64,000 bases of DNA from an uncultured Chloroflexia bacterium. Lineage in GTDB: Bacteria > Chloroflexota > Limnocylindria > Limnocylindrales > CSP1-4. Of the stretch, positions 45,408-54,661 are shown one piece after another. Where the stretch lies: NCBI GenBank assembly GCA_963717255.1, contig CAVQVT010000007.1, positions 171,466 to 235,465 on the forward strand, given 5' to 3'. The first letter of the stretch is position 1, and each line of letters begins with the position of its first letter. The position numbers and the translations under genes are program-made. The notes beneath the pieces were generated by a model. It was not told the origin of the DNA, did no database searches, and saw nothing but the letters and a program-made list of their open reading frames with translations.

Positions 45408-46424
45408 TCAGACCTGGATGTCGACGATACGGCGGATGAGCAGGAAGCCGACCACCATCGAGAACAGACCGAACGCCAGCAGGACCGCTCCCGCCGGCAG
45501 GCCCAGGACCTCCGGTGGCTTCTGGAACATCGGCGCCATGAACCCAGGCGCCAGCACGAACAGGATGAGGAAGATGCCGATCGGGAGGCCCGCGACGACG
45601 TAGCCGGACATCCGACCCTGTGTCGTGAGGACGCGGATCTCGCCCTTGATGCGGACCCGCTCGCGGATCGTGAACGCGATCGAGTCCAGGATCTCGGCGA
45701 GATTGCCTCCGACCTGGTGCTGGATGGCGATCGCCGTCGTCATCAGCTCGAGGTCGTCCGAGCGCACCCGCTCGACCATGTTCTCCAGCGCTTCATCGAA
45801 TGGCAGGCCGAGGTTGACCTCCCGGATGACGCGGCCGAACTCGGTCGAGATCGGCGGCTGCGCCTCGCGGACGACGAGCTCGATCGCCTGGAGGAACGAG
45901 GATCCGGCCCGCAGCGCGTTCGCGATGAGCGTGATCGTGTCGGCAAGCTGCTTGTTGAACGCGTTGAGCCGGGCGCGCTTCCGTCGCCGCACGTAGAGGC
46001 GCGGGAGGAAGAACCCCAGGACGGTCCCGCCGATGATGAGGAGCGGGTTCGCGAGAGACGGGAAGATGCGCCCGAGGAGCGTCAGCACGAGCGGGATGGC
46101 GATCGCACACCCCACCATGATCGCCATGTACTCGCTCGTCCGCAGCCGCAGGTCCGCCCGAGCGAGATCGCGCGCCATGTTCGCGCCGAAGCCCCGCCGC
46201 TCGACGGCCTTGTCGATCTGCGTGAGAGCCACGCTCTGCGCATAGATGTCCGAGAGTGACGCCTTTCCCTCGGGCGCGCTCTGCTCCATCTGGCGGCGAC
46301 CGGGCGACGCATAGCGCTCGATCCGCGCCGCCACACCGCCGGAGCCAGCGCCGGCGACCGCGTAGGCGATGAGGACGATCGCGATGGCGGCGAGGGCGGC
46401 GAGGGCGATTGTGACAGGACTCAC
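45408..46424 (-). CDS. tadB: Flp pilus assembly protein TadB (T2SS-F domain)
   Basis: 338-aa paralog of TadC immediately upstream. Confidence 0.8.
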   Translation of the reverse strand: MSPVTIALAALAAIAIVLIAYAVAGAGSGGVAARIERYASPGRRQMEQSAPEGKASLSDIYAQSVALTQIDKAVERRGFGANMARDLARADLRLRTSEYMAIMVGCAIAIPLVLTLLGRIFPSLANPLLIIGGTVLGFFLPRLYVRRRKRARLNAFNKQLADTITLIANALRAGSSFLQAIELVVREAQPPISTEFGRVIREVNLGLPFDEALENMVERVRSDDLELMTTAIAIQHQVGGNLAEILDSIAFTIRERVRIKGEIRVLTTQGRMSGYVVAGLPIGIFLILFVLAPGFMAPMFQKPPEVLGLPAGAVLLAFGLFSMVVGFLLIRRIVDIQV

Positions 46425-46437
46425 GTGTCGTTCCCCG

Positions 46438-47847
46438 TCAGAAGGTGAACCCGAAGAGGCCGGGCGGGAGCTGGATGCCCATGACCTCGAACTTCTCGAC
46501 GAACCGCGGGCGGATGCCGGTCGGCTTCAGCCTGCCCTGGATCCGTCCCTCCAGGACGCCCGTCTGCTCGAAGATGAAGACGTCCTGCATGACGATGACG
46601 TCGCCCTCCATCCCCTGGACCTCGGTGATGTTCGTGATCTTCCGGGTCCCGTCCTTCAGGCGCGCCTGGTGGACGACGAGGTCGACCGCGGCAGCGATCT
46701 GCTCTCGGATGGCGCGGAGCGGCAGATCGACGCCGGCCATGAGGACCATGGTCTCGAGGCGGGCGAGCATGTCCCGGGGACTGTTCGCGTGGCCGGTCGA
46801 CATCGAGCCGTCGTGGCCGGTGTTCATCGCCTGGAGCATATCCAGCGCCTCACCCGAACGACACTCGCCGACGATGATCCGGTCGGGCCGCATGCGCAGG
46901 GAGTTGCGGACGAGCTCGCGGATCGGGATCGCGCCCTTGCCCTCGATGTTCGGCGGGCGGCTCTCGAGTGTGACGACGTGCTCCTGGCGGAGCTGGAGCT
47001 CGGCGGCGTCCTCGATCGTGATGATCCGCTCGTCGTTGGGGATGAAGGACGAGAGGACGTTGAGGGTCGTCGTCTTGCCCGAGCCGGTGCCACCCGACAC
47101 GAACAGGTTCAGCCGGGCCTCCACGCAGGCGCGGAGGAAGTCGAACATCTCCGGCGTCGCGGTGCCGAACCGCACGAGGTCGGCCACCGTGAACGGGCTG
47201 GCGGCGAACTTCCGGATCGTGAGGACCGGACCGACGAGCGAGAGCGGTGGGATGATCGCGTTCACGCGCGAGCCGTCCGTCAGGCGTGCGTCCACCATCG
47301 GGCTCGCCTCGTCGACGCGGCGGCCGATCGGCGCGATGATCCGGTCGATGATCCGCATGACGTGGTCGTCGTTCTGGAAGACGACGTTCGTCAGCTCGAG
47401 CTTGCCGCTCCGCTCGACATACACCTGGCGCGGGCCGTTCACCATGATCTCGGTGATGCCCTCGTCGCGGAGGAGCGGCTCGAGCGGGCCGAGGCCGATG
47501 ATCTCGTCGGTGATCTGCTCGAGCATCCTCACCCGCTCGGCGCGGGTGAGCGCGAGGCCTTCTTCGTCGACGATGCGGCCGAAGATCTCCTCGATCTGAC
47601 GACGGACCTCCACCTGGTTCGTCAGGTCGAGGCGGGGATCGAGCTCCTGGATGACGCGACTCTGGATCCGGAACTTGACATCGCGGAACGACTCGCGGAC
47701 AGGGGCGGTCGCCAGCAGACGCGCTGCCGACGTCGGCGCGGCGGGCAGCGTCCCGCCGGGCGCCGGCGCGGCCGGACCCGGGACGGGCTCCGGCCCGGGT
47801 CCGGCCCCCCCGGGTCGCGCGCTCTCGATCCGCTTCAGCAGGGACAT
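46438..47847 (-). CDS. cpaF: Tad/Cpa secretion ATPase TadA/CpaF
   Basis: Walker A GGTGSGKTT and the secretion-NTPase boxes. Confidence 0.9.
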   Translation of the reverse strand: MSLLKRIESARPGGAGPGPEPVPGPAAPAPGGTLPAAPTSAARLLATAPVRESFRDVKFRIQSRVIQELDPRLDLTNQVEVRRQIEEIFGRIVDEEGLALTRAERVRMLEQITDEIIGLGPLEPLLRDEGITEIMVNGPRQVYVERSGKLELTNVVFQNDDHVMRIIDRIIAPIGRRVDEASPMVDARLTDGSRVNAIIPPLSLVGPVLTIRKFAASPFTVADLVRFGTATPEMFDFLRACVEARLNLFVSGGTGSGKTTTLNVLSSFIPNDERIITIEDAAELQLRQEHVVTLESRPPNIEGKGAIPIRELVRNSLRMRPDRIIVGECRSGEALDMLQAMNTGHDGSMSTGHANSPRDMLARLETMVLMAGVDLPLRAIREQIAAAVDLVVHQARLKDGTRKITNITEVQGMEGDVIVMQDVFIFEQTGVLEGRIQGRLKPTGIRPRFVEKFEVMGIQLPPGLFGFTF

Positions 47848-47906
47848 CGCTTCGGCCTCATCTCACTGGGGACGCACATTCTGACCCCTCCCATCGGGCG
47901 CTCCGA

Positions 47907-49163
47907 CTAGCGGAGCGAGAAGATCCCTCGCCTGCGCTCGACCTTCGCCCGCTGCACCGGGGACGCCGCACTGCCGCCCAGGAGCGTCCGGGCGAGCTTC
48001 AGGACGTCCTGCGACACCTGCATCTCCCGGTTGCTCGTGACGAACGGGACGCCACGGTTCAGCGCGTACACGACCGTCCGACCGTCGCTGATGATCTGGT
48101 GGTCGATCTTCCGACCGATCGACTGCTCCACGTCCGACACGCGGATGCCGAGCGCCGAATCGGCCCGGTTGAGGACCAGCACGATCCGATCCTGGGGATA
48201 CCCGAGCTGCTCTGCGACCTCGAGGAAGAGACGGATGCTCTTGATGCTCGTGATCTCGAGGGTCAGCACCGCGAGGATGACGTCCGCGGTGTCGAGGATC
48301 GCGAGCGTCGTATCGCTGAACCAGGCGGGGCAGTCGACGACGACGAGGTCGCTCGTCTGGCGGAACATGTCGACGACCCGCTTGGCGGCGGCCGGGGTGA
48401 TGAGATCGGCCGTCTCCGGCGACGGCGGCGCCAGGAGGACCCGGAGGCCGGACGAGTGCGACACCGTGAACGTGTCGAGTGATTCGGCCTCGCCGCTCTG
48501 CAACTCCGGGATCAGGTCGGCGATCGACTTGGATCGCGGGTTCAGGTTCAGGAGGATCGCGACGTCGCCGAACTGGAAGGCGCCGTCCATGAGGACGACG
48601 TCCCCCGACCGCTCCGCGGCCGCCGCGACCGCCACGTTCACCGCGACGGTCGTGCGCCCGACGCCTCCCTTGGGGCTGAAGACCGCGACGACGCGTCCCG
48701 GCTCGCGATCCGACCGCGCCGCGGTCTGGGCCTCCGCACGCGGCATCAGGGGCATCCGGCCCATCTTCTCGCGCTCGCGCTGGTAGACCTGGCGGATCGA
48801 GGCCGTGAGCTCGTCGCTGCTGAACGGCTTCACGAGGAACTCACGGGCACCGGCGAGCATCGAGCGGCGGAGGTAGTCGGCCTCGCCCTGGACGGACATC
48901 ATGACGATCGACGCTGTGGGCACGAGCGACGCGAGCCGCTCCGTCGCGGTGATGCCGTCCATCTCGGGCATGTTGATGTCCATGAGGACGACGTCCGGCA
49001 GGAGCTTCTGGGCCATCTCGATCGCCTCGGGGCCCGAGGCGGCGGCGCCCACGACCGAGAGATCCTTCTCGAAGCTGAGCAGCTTCGTCAGGTGATCACG
49101 CGTCTCCGCGATGTCGTCCACGATGAGGACGCGGATCTGGTCGTCCATGGGCCTGCCCATCAC
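47907..49163 (-). CDS. tadZ: TadZ/CpaE pilus-assembly ParA/MinD-like ATPase with N-terminal receiver (REC) domain
   Basis: The REC domain has a phospho-acceptor Asp in VLMDINMPEMDG. The ParA-like part carries VVAVFSPKGGVGRTTVA. Confidence 0.8.
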   Translation of the reverse strand: MMGRPMDDQIRVLIVDDIAETRDHLTKLLSFEKDLSVVGAAASGPEAIEMAQKLLPDVVLMDINMPEMDGITATERLASLVPTASIVMMSVQGEADYLRRSMLAGAREFLVKPFSSDELTASIRQVYQREREKMGRMPLMPRAEAQTAARSDREPGRVVAVFSPKGGVGRTTVAVNVAVAAAAERSGDVVLMDGAFQFGDVAILLNLNPRSKSIADLIPELQSGEAESLDTFTVSHSSGLRVLLAPPSPETADLITPAAAKRVVDMFRQTSDLVVVDCPAWFSDTTLAILDTADVILAVLTLEITSIKSIRLFLEVAEQLGYPQDRIVLVLNRADSALGIRVSDVEQSIGRKIDHQIISDGRTVVYALNRGVPFVTSNREMQVSQDVLKLARTLLGGSAASPVQRAKVERRRGIFSLR

Positions 49164-49202
49164 CGACGGCGGCGGCGGCCGGGCGGCTGGCCCGGCCCAC
49201 CG

Positions 49203-50078
49203 TCACTTCGTCGGCGGAAGGCTCGCCTCCAGGATCTGCGGCGGCAGGACGCCGTAGTCCTCGATGAGCGTCTTGAGCACGATGCCGGTCGTCTCGACGG
49301 CGGGCGCGTCCTTGTCCTTCGGGGAGCGGAGGACGAGCATGACGTTGTTCCCCGCGAGCGCCGCCCCCATCGTCTTGGCATCATGCTGGAGGAACTGCAC
49401 GACCTCGGCCTGCTGCGGCGTCATCGCGAGGATGACGATCTGCTGCGCGGACGTGAGGTCCGGCGCGGTCCCGGTTGTGTCGGTCGTGCCGGCGCTGGCA
49501 GAGGCCCCGAGCACCCCGCGCACCTCGACGTTCTGGAGGATGACCTTCGCGGAGTCACCTTCCAGCCCGGGGAGCTCGACTGCCTGCGGCGGGGCACTCG
49601 GCTCCGCGCCGGGCACGAGCAGCGTCTCTTTGATCGTCATGGTGACCACCACGTCCACACGGTCACCCGGGAGGATCAGCGTCCCGACCCCGGTCACCGC
49701 ATCGACGCGGACGGCGACGGCGACGAGGCCCGCGGGAAGATCCTTGGCGATCGACGTCTGGCCCGTGCCCGCGAACATCGCCTGCGTGAGGAACGCGCCC
49801 TTCGCGATGTCCGTGCGCGCCACCTGGCCGATCACGTCGCCGGGCTGCGCGAAGTACTCCGGCTTCGCGTCGGTCAGCGGGATCTGCTGTGTCGTGATGT
49901 CCCGCTCGGTGATCGCGTCGCCGAGCTTGATGTCGCGCGACGCGACGACGACGTTCGCCTGGGGCGTCTCGGGCGTGCTCCCGCTGCCCTGGCTGTTGAA
50001 CGCGAAGATGATCCCGACGAACGCCACCGCGGCGAGAAGGATCCCGATGAGAAGGATGAGCCGGTTCGTGCGCTTCAC
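49203..50078 (-). CDS. cpaB: Flp pilus assembly protein CpaB/RcpC (SAF domain)
   Basis: N-terminal TM anchor plus a CpaB-type body. GTG start with GGGGGAG SD. Confidence 0.75.
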   Translation of the reverse strand: MKRTNRLILLIGILLAAVAFVGIIFAFNSQGSGSTPETPQANVVVASRDIKLGDAITERDITTQQIPLTDAKPEYFAQPGDVIGQVARTDIAKGAFLTQAMFAGTGQTSIAKDLPAGLVAVAVRVDAVTGVGTLILPGDRVDVVVTMTIKETLLVPGAEPSAPPQAVELPGLEGDSAKVILQNVEVRGVLGASASAGTTDTTGTAPDLTSAQQIVILAMTPQQAEVVQFLQHDAKTMGAALAGNNVMLVLRSPKDKDAPAVETTGIVLKTLIEDYGVLPPQILEASLPPTK

Positions 50079-50135
50079 GCTAGGACTCCCCCACCTGATT
50101 GGACCCTCACTCTAGCATCGGCATCTCGGGCCGGG

Positions 50136-50144
50136 ACTATACCA
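50136..50144 (-). promoter_or_regulatory. extended -10 element TGGTATAGT upstream of cpaB
   Basis: AT-rich island about 55 nt upstream of the cpaB start on the minus strand. Confidence 0.3.
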
Positions 50145-50301
50145 AAGGGCTATCGGCATACAGGAGCAACGGATGGGTGACAGCGGCCCCGCGACCTTCT
50201 AGGAGCGGATCGATGCCGCCTCCGCCGTCGGCAGCCGCCCGGAATCCATGACCGCCGACCCACGTGCGGCGGGCCGGCGGTCACCGGGTGTGCTGCGATG
50301 G

Positions 50302-50487
50302 TCAGATCGAGTCGAAGACGGACTGGAAGACCGCGGCGACCGGCGGCGCGATGAACGCGAGGACGCCGACGACGCCCAGTGCGATGAACGCGAGGATGAG
50401 TGCGTACTCGACCATGCCCTGGCCTCCCTCGTCGCGGCGGATCGATGCGACGGAAGAACGGATGAGTGCGAGGACGTAGGGAAGCAT
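50302..50487 (-). CDS. flp: Flp family type IVb pilin
   Basis: Re-called at ATG 50487. MLPYVLALIRSSVASIRRDEGGQGMVEYALILAFIALGVVGVLAFIAPPVA carries the Flp processing motif G/XXXXEY. Strong SD GGAAGGAGGTGA 8 nt upstream. Confidence 0.75.
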   Translation of the reverse strand: MLPYVLALIRSSVASIRRDEGGQGMVEYALILAFIALGVVGVLAFIAPPVAAVFQSVFDSI

Positions 50488-50708
50488 GCTGCGTATCACC
50501 TCCTTCCCTCCAGGATCTCCCGGCCCTCCGTCGAGGGCCGAGACCACGAGAACCTTGTCCGACTGCGGCGCGCGCCGCGACCGATCCGCGCCGCGCGATC
50601 GAGCCATCCGGCCCGCACCTGAACCGTACGGGGCCGTGCCCGTCGTGCCAAGACCCGATGGTCCTCGTCGTCGCCTCGACGCACCGTACCGAGGTACCTC
50701 CGGGGCCC

Positions 50709-50757
50709 GGATGCTCCGACCGCCGGCCCGTCATTCGGGCCGGCGGTCGGAGCATCG
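50709..50757 (-). terminator. 20-bp perfect-stem hairpin (loop TCATTC) downstream of flp2
   Basis: GATGCTCCGACCGCCGGCCC-TCATTC-GGGCCGGCGGTCGGAGCATC starts about 12 nt after the flp2 stop on the minus strand. No U-tract. Confidence 0.6.
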
Positions 50758-50770
50758 GTTACGACGACGA

Positions 50771-50944
50771 TCAGAGTGCGTCGACGACCTGCTGAAGGAT
50801 GTCGGCGATGGCCGGGCCGAGGAGGATCAGGACGGCGATGGCGGCGATGGAGACGAGAGCAAGGATGAGCGCGTACTCGACCATGCCCTGGCCTTCCTCG
50901 TCGCGACGGATGGACGCGATGAGTGCGGAGAAGTACTGAAGCAT
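50771..50944 (-). CDS. flp: Flp family type IVb pilin (tandem paralog)
   Basis: Re-called at ATG 50944. MLQYFSALIASIRRDEEGQGMVEYALILALVSIAAIAVLILLGPAIADIL. Near-identical SD context (GAGGGAAGGAGGTGA) to flp1. Confidence 0.75.
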   Translation of the reverse strand: MLQYFSALIASIRRDEEGQGMVEYALILALVSIAAIAVLILLGPAIADILQQVVDAL

Positions 50945-51310
50945 TGGGGTATTCACCTCCTTCCCTCGAAGATCCCCCGGCGGCTCGCCGGGAGTCGGTG
51001 CGCGGTGGATCGAGGTCCCGGTGGGGCGCTCGGACCGCCGCGGCAGGATGCCACTGAGTCGAGTCGAGCGCAAGGCCCGATGGTCGTGCCGGACGCTTTC
51101 GGGCCGTGGAGTGCGCGACTGCGTCCGTCGTTGCCGACCGTTCGGTTGGGTCCCCCTGGATGCCGATCCCGATAGCCGCTCGTCTTCATGGAGCGACGTT
51201 CACGCTACATCGCCGATGCCCGGTCCGAGCATGGCACTTTCGTCTCGGGCGGGGTGGTCCTTCAGTCCTGCCCGCCCGGTGCGACCCGCCACCGGTCCGC
51301 CCGCGCCGGG

Positions 51311-51514
51311 TCAGGCGGGCTGCTGGACCTGGGCGCCGATGAAGTCGAGGATCGCCGCGAGCTGCGGCCCGAACGCGACGATCGCGACGATCGCGACGAC
51401 GGCCGCGATGCCGAGGATCAGACCGAGGTCCACGAGCCCCTGCCCGGCAGCGGCCGCCTGCCCCGTCCCCGTGGGCCGGGCCGCGGCGGCGGCCGGCCGG
51501 GACGCGGCCGTCAT
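51311..51514 (-). CDS. divergent Flp-pilin-like small hydrophobic protein
   Basis: 67 aa. MTAASRPAAAAARPTGTGQAAAAGQGLVDLGLILGIAAVVAIVAIVAFGPQ has GQGLVDL in place of GQGMVEY. Its ATG overlaps the stop of the upstream kinase-like gene (ATGA). No SD. Confidence 0.35.
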   Translation of the reverse strand: MTAASRPAAAAARPTGTGQAAAAGQGLVDLGLILGIAAVVAIVAIVAFGPQLAAILDFIGAQVQQPA

Positions 51515-52713
51515 GCCCCGGGAAGGTCGATCGCGACCCGCAGGCGGTGGCCCCCCTCGTCGAGCGCGACGTCCGCGGCGACGGTGGCCGCCTGGTGCTC
51601 GATCTCGCGGAAGACCTCGGCCGGCAGCGCGGTCTCCGCCGGGTCGCGCACCTTGGGAGCGGCGTCGACGACACGCTGGCGCATCATCGCCGCGAGCGCC
51701 GGCGGCACGCTCTCGCCGCCCTGGCCCGCGGTCTCGCCGCGCTGCCTCTCTGCCTCCGCCTCGGCCTCGGCCGCGGCCGCGGAGTCGCCCGTCGCGAGGG
51801 CCGCGACCGGTCCGTCGTACGGCGTGGAGAGCACGGCCACGAGGCGCATCCCCCAGTCGAGGCGGATCGACACGCGGTCCGGGCGCGTCGCGACGAATGC
51901 CGCGAGCGCTTCGTCGATCATCCGGAAGAGGCCGCTCTCCACGTCGATGGGCAGGCGCCGGTCGGCCCCGACGGAGTCGAAGTCGATCGGCACCTTGGCC
52001 CGCCGGCTCCGCTCGCGCGCTGCGCGGCGGAGGGTGGGCAGGAGGCCCAGATCGTCCAGCACCATCGGCCGGACGTCGAAGATGAATGTCTTCGTCGCCT
52101 CGAGCGTCCTCTGGACCATCCGCACGAGCTCGGTGATCTCCGCAGCCGCGGCATCCGGGTCCGAGGCCTGCAGGCGCTGGACGATCTGCGCCTGCAGGAT
52201 GATGTTCGTGAGGCTCTGCGCCGGCCCGTCGTGCATCGCACGGGCGATCTCGCGCCGCAGGTCCTCCTGCGCCGTGAGGACGATCCGCGAGACTCCGGTG
52301 CGCGCCCTGGCGCCGGAGGCCTGCGTCGGGAGGTCCATCCCCTCCAGAGCCTCGCGGATCTCGACCAGCCGCTCGCGGAACCGGACGATCGTCCGCCGCT
52401 TCCCTTCGAGGGTGTCGATCGACGCCTGCATCACGCCGGACTTCCGCGTCACGGTCACCAGGGCCTGGTAGGCCTCGGTCACCTCCTGCATCCCCACCGT
52501 GCGTCCGCCCGTCACCTGCGCGATGCGCTCGCCGGCGTGCTCGAGGCGTTGCTCATGGCGGGCGGCCTCGTTCCGCGCCTGCTGGATGAGCAGGTCGATC
52601 TCCGAGAGCTCGGCGTCGAGGCCGGCGATGTCGGCCGAGATCCGGGCGACGAGGTCGGTGCCGGGCGCCCCCTCCACCCCCTCCGCGGGGGCCGGGGCTT
52701 CCGCCTCAGTCAT
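51511..52713 (-). CDS. soluble HisKA_3 histidine-kinase paralog with degenerate ATP-binding domain (candidate pseudokinase)
   Basis: The H-box is present (REIARAMHDGPAQSL). In the N-box the conserved Asn is replaced by Ala (FRMIDEALAAFVATRP). The G1/G2 boxes are degenerate and an Ala/Glu-rich insert is present. No TM segments. Confidence 0.55.
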   Translation of the reverse strand: MTEAEAPAPAEGVEGAPGTDLVARISADIAGLDAELSEIDLLIQQARNEAARHEQRLEHAGERIAQVTGGRTVGMQEVTEAYQALVTVTRKSGVMQASIDTLEGKRRTIVRFRERLVEIREALEGMDLPTQASGARARTGVSRIVLTAQEDLRREIARAMHDGPAQSLTNIILQAQIVQRLQASDPDAAAAEITELVRMVQRTLEATKTFIFDVRPMVLDDLGLLPTLRRAARERSRRAKVPIDFDSVGADRRLPIDVESGLFRMIDEALAAFVATRPDRVSIRLDWGMRLVAVLSTPYDGPVAALATGDSAAAAEAEAEAERQRGETAGQGGESVPPALAAMMRQRVVDAAPKVRDPAETALPAEVFREIEHQAATVAADVALDEGGHRLRVAIDLPGA

Positions 52714-53446
52714 CGGGCATCTTGATCCAGCCCTGGCGCATCGCGTAGACGACCGCCTGCGTGCGGTCGTTGACCGAGAGCTTCCGCAGGATGCTCGACA
52801 TGTGGTTCTTCACCGTCTGCTCGCTGATCGAGAGGGCGAAGGCCACCTGCTTGTTCGTCATGCCCTGGGCGATGTTGTCCAGGATCTCCACCTCTCTGGG
52901 CGACAGCGGAGCGAAGATCGGCTGGGCATCCTGCCCATAGACCGCGAGCTCCCGGAACTCCTTGAGGACCCGGCCGGCGACGGTGGGCTTGGAGAAGACC
53001 TTGTCGTTGATCAGGTACTCGCCGGCATGGACGCGACGGATGATCGTCACGAGGTCGTCGGGGCCGATGTCCTTGAGGATGAAGGCCGCGGCACCTGCCT
53101 TGATCGCGCCGAACAGGGCGTCCTCGTCCTCCTCGTCGGCGAGGATGATGATCCCGGTCGCCGCCAGCTCGCGCTTGAGGCGCTGCGTCGTCTCGATGCC
53201 GTTCGAGATCGGCAGCGTCAGGTCCATGAGCACGATGTCCGGCGTGAGCTCGACGGCCAGCTCGAACGCGTCGCGCGCGTTGTCCGCCTCGGCGAGCACG
53301 TCGAAGTCGGGCTCCCGGGACAGGATGTCGCGGATCCCGATCCGGAAGAGGGCATGGTCGTCCACGATGAGGATCCTGGTCGGCTCTCCGGTGCCGCGCC
53401 GGTCGGGTCCGCCGCGCCGTCGGTCGGGTCCGCTGTACTCGGTCAT
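52706..53446 (-). CDS. NarL/LuxR-family response regulator (REC plus HTH)
   Basis: Re-called at ATG 53446 with GGGAGGGAAGG SD. ILIVDDHALFRIG...DIVLMDLTLP (REC) and LSPREVEILDNIAQGMTNKQVAFALSISEQTVKNHMSSILRKL (LuxR HTH). ATGA overlap with the upstream kinase stop. Confidence 0.85.
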   Translation of the reverse strand: MTEYSGPDRRRGGPDRRGTGEPTRILIVDDHALFRIGIRDILSREPDFDVLAEADNARDAFELAVELTPDIVLMDLTLPISNGIETTQRLKRELAATGIIILADEEDEDALFGAIKAGAAAFILKDIGPDDLVTIIRRVHAGEYLINDKVFSKPTVAGRVLKEFRELAVYGQDAQPIFAPLSPREVEILDNIAQGMTNKQVAFALSISEQTVKNHMSSILRKLSVNDRTQAVVYAMRQGWIKMPDD

Positions 53447-54564
53447 CCTGGCCTTCCCTCCCCGTCGATCACGAGCCGGACCTCGGTGCCCGCGCCCGGC
53501 CTCGATCGGACGATCACGGTGCCGCCGACGAGCTCGGCTCTCTCCCGCATGAACTGGAGCCCGAAGTTCTGCCGCCCGCGGGACGCGATCGCGTCGACGT
53601 CGAACCCGCGGCCGTCGTCGCGGACCTCGAGCACCCACGTCCCGTCGGCGTCGGACGTCGCGATGGTGACCGTGCGGGCTTCCGCGTGCCTACGGGTATT
53701 GTGCAACGCTTCCTGCAGGACCCGGAGGACGACCACCTGTTGCATGTCCGTCAGGCGCTCGGCCCGGCCCTCCAGGGTGGTCTCGGCCCGGACCTCCACG
53801 CTGGCCGTCAGCGTCGCGACCGCTTCGCGGATCGCTGCGTCGAGACCGATCACCTCGAGCGCCGGCGGCCGGAGCTGCGCGATGAAGCTGCGGATGTCCG
53901 CGAGCTCCCGGCGCATGACCTCGCGCAGGTAGCGCAGCTCGGTCCGCGCGAGCCGGGGATCCCGCTCCATCAGCCGCTCGACGTAGTCGACCTGGAAGAA
54001 CGCGTTCGCGATCATCTGGGCCGGCCCCTCGTGGATGGCCTGCGCGAGCCGTGCGCGCTCCTGCTCCCGCGCCTCGAGCACGCGCATGCGCATCTCCGCG
54101 GCATCGGCCGGGATCACGCCGCTCGCCGGCGGCACCGGGTCGTCGCGCTCGAGGAACCGCCAGGCGCCCTCCAGCCCGCCCGTCACGAGCTCGAGTCGGG
54201 CGAGGTCGCGCTGGCGCTCGCCCAGGTCGGCGCCCGCCAGGTCCACGGATCGCCGCAGCTCCTGCCGGACGGCGGTCGCCGCCGCACCCTCGGCGGCGCG
54301 CGCGAGGTCGTCCTGGCCATCCACCGCGCCCGCGGGATGGTCGTCGTCCGGAACCACCTGCCGGTCCATCCGCTCGAGCGTCGTCCGGTCCTTGTGCCAC
54401 CGGCGCAGCTCGACGCGATGCGCCTCTCGGTACAGGCCGGTGAGGCCGCGCAGCTGGTTCGCCGCGTAGCCGAGCGCGCCCTTCGCCTCGGCGTAGAGCG
54501 CGTCGAGCCGGTCGTCCATCTCCGGACGAACGACGGGCGGATCGGAGCCGGCCGAGCCCTCCAT
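53443..54564 (-). CDS. soluble sensor histidine kinase (HisKA_3 plus HATPase_c, NarL-partner type)
   Basis: Re-called at ATG 54564. H-box AQAIHEGPAQ, N-box VLQEALHNTRRHA, G-boxes DDGRGFD and GLQFMRERAELVGG. No TM segments. A TATACT hexamer 7 nt upstream of the ATG suggests a leaderless transcript. Confidence 0.8.
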   Translation of the reverse strand: MEGSAGSDPPVVRPEMDDRLDALYAEAKGALGYAANQLRGLTGLYREAHRVELRRWHKDRTTLERMDRQVVPDDDHPAGAVDGQDDLARAAEGAAATAVRQELRRSVDLAGADLGERQRDLARLELVTGGLEGAWRFLERDDPVPPASGVIPADAAEMRMRVLEAREQERARLAQAIHEGPAQMIANAFFQVDYVERLMERDPRLARTELRYLREVMRRELADIRSFIAQLRPPALEVIGLDAAIREAVATLTASVEVRAETTLEGRAERLTDMQQVVVLRVLQEALHNTRRHAEARTVTIATSDADGTWVLEVRDDGRGFDVDAIASRGRQNFGLQFMRERAELVGGTVIVRSRPGAGTEVRLVIDGEGRPG

Positions 54565-54661
54565 CGCGAGGAGTATACGGGCGGCCTCGGGCGCCTCAGC
54601 CGTCACCGGGCGGCTTCCGCTGCGCCGGGGCACCACCGCGGCCCCGAGCGCCTCCGGATCC

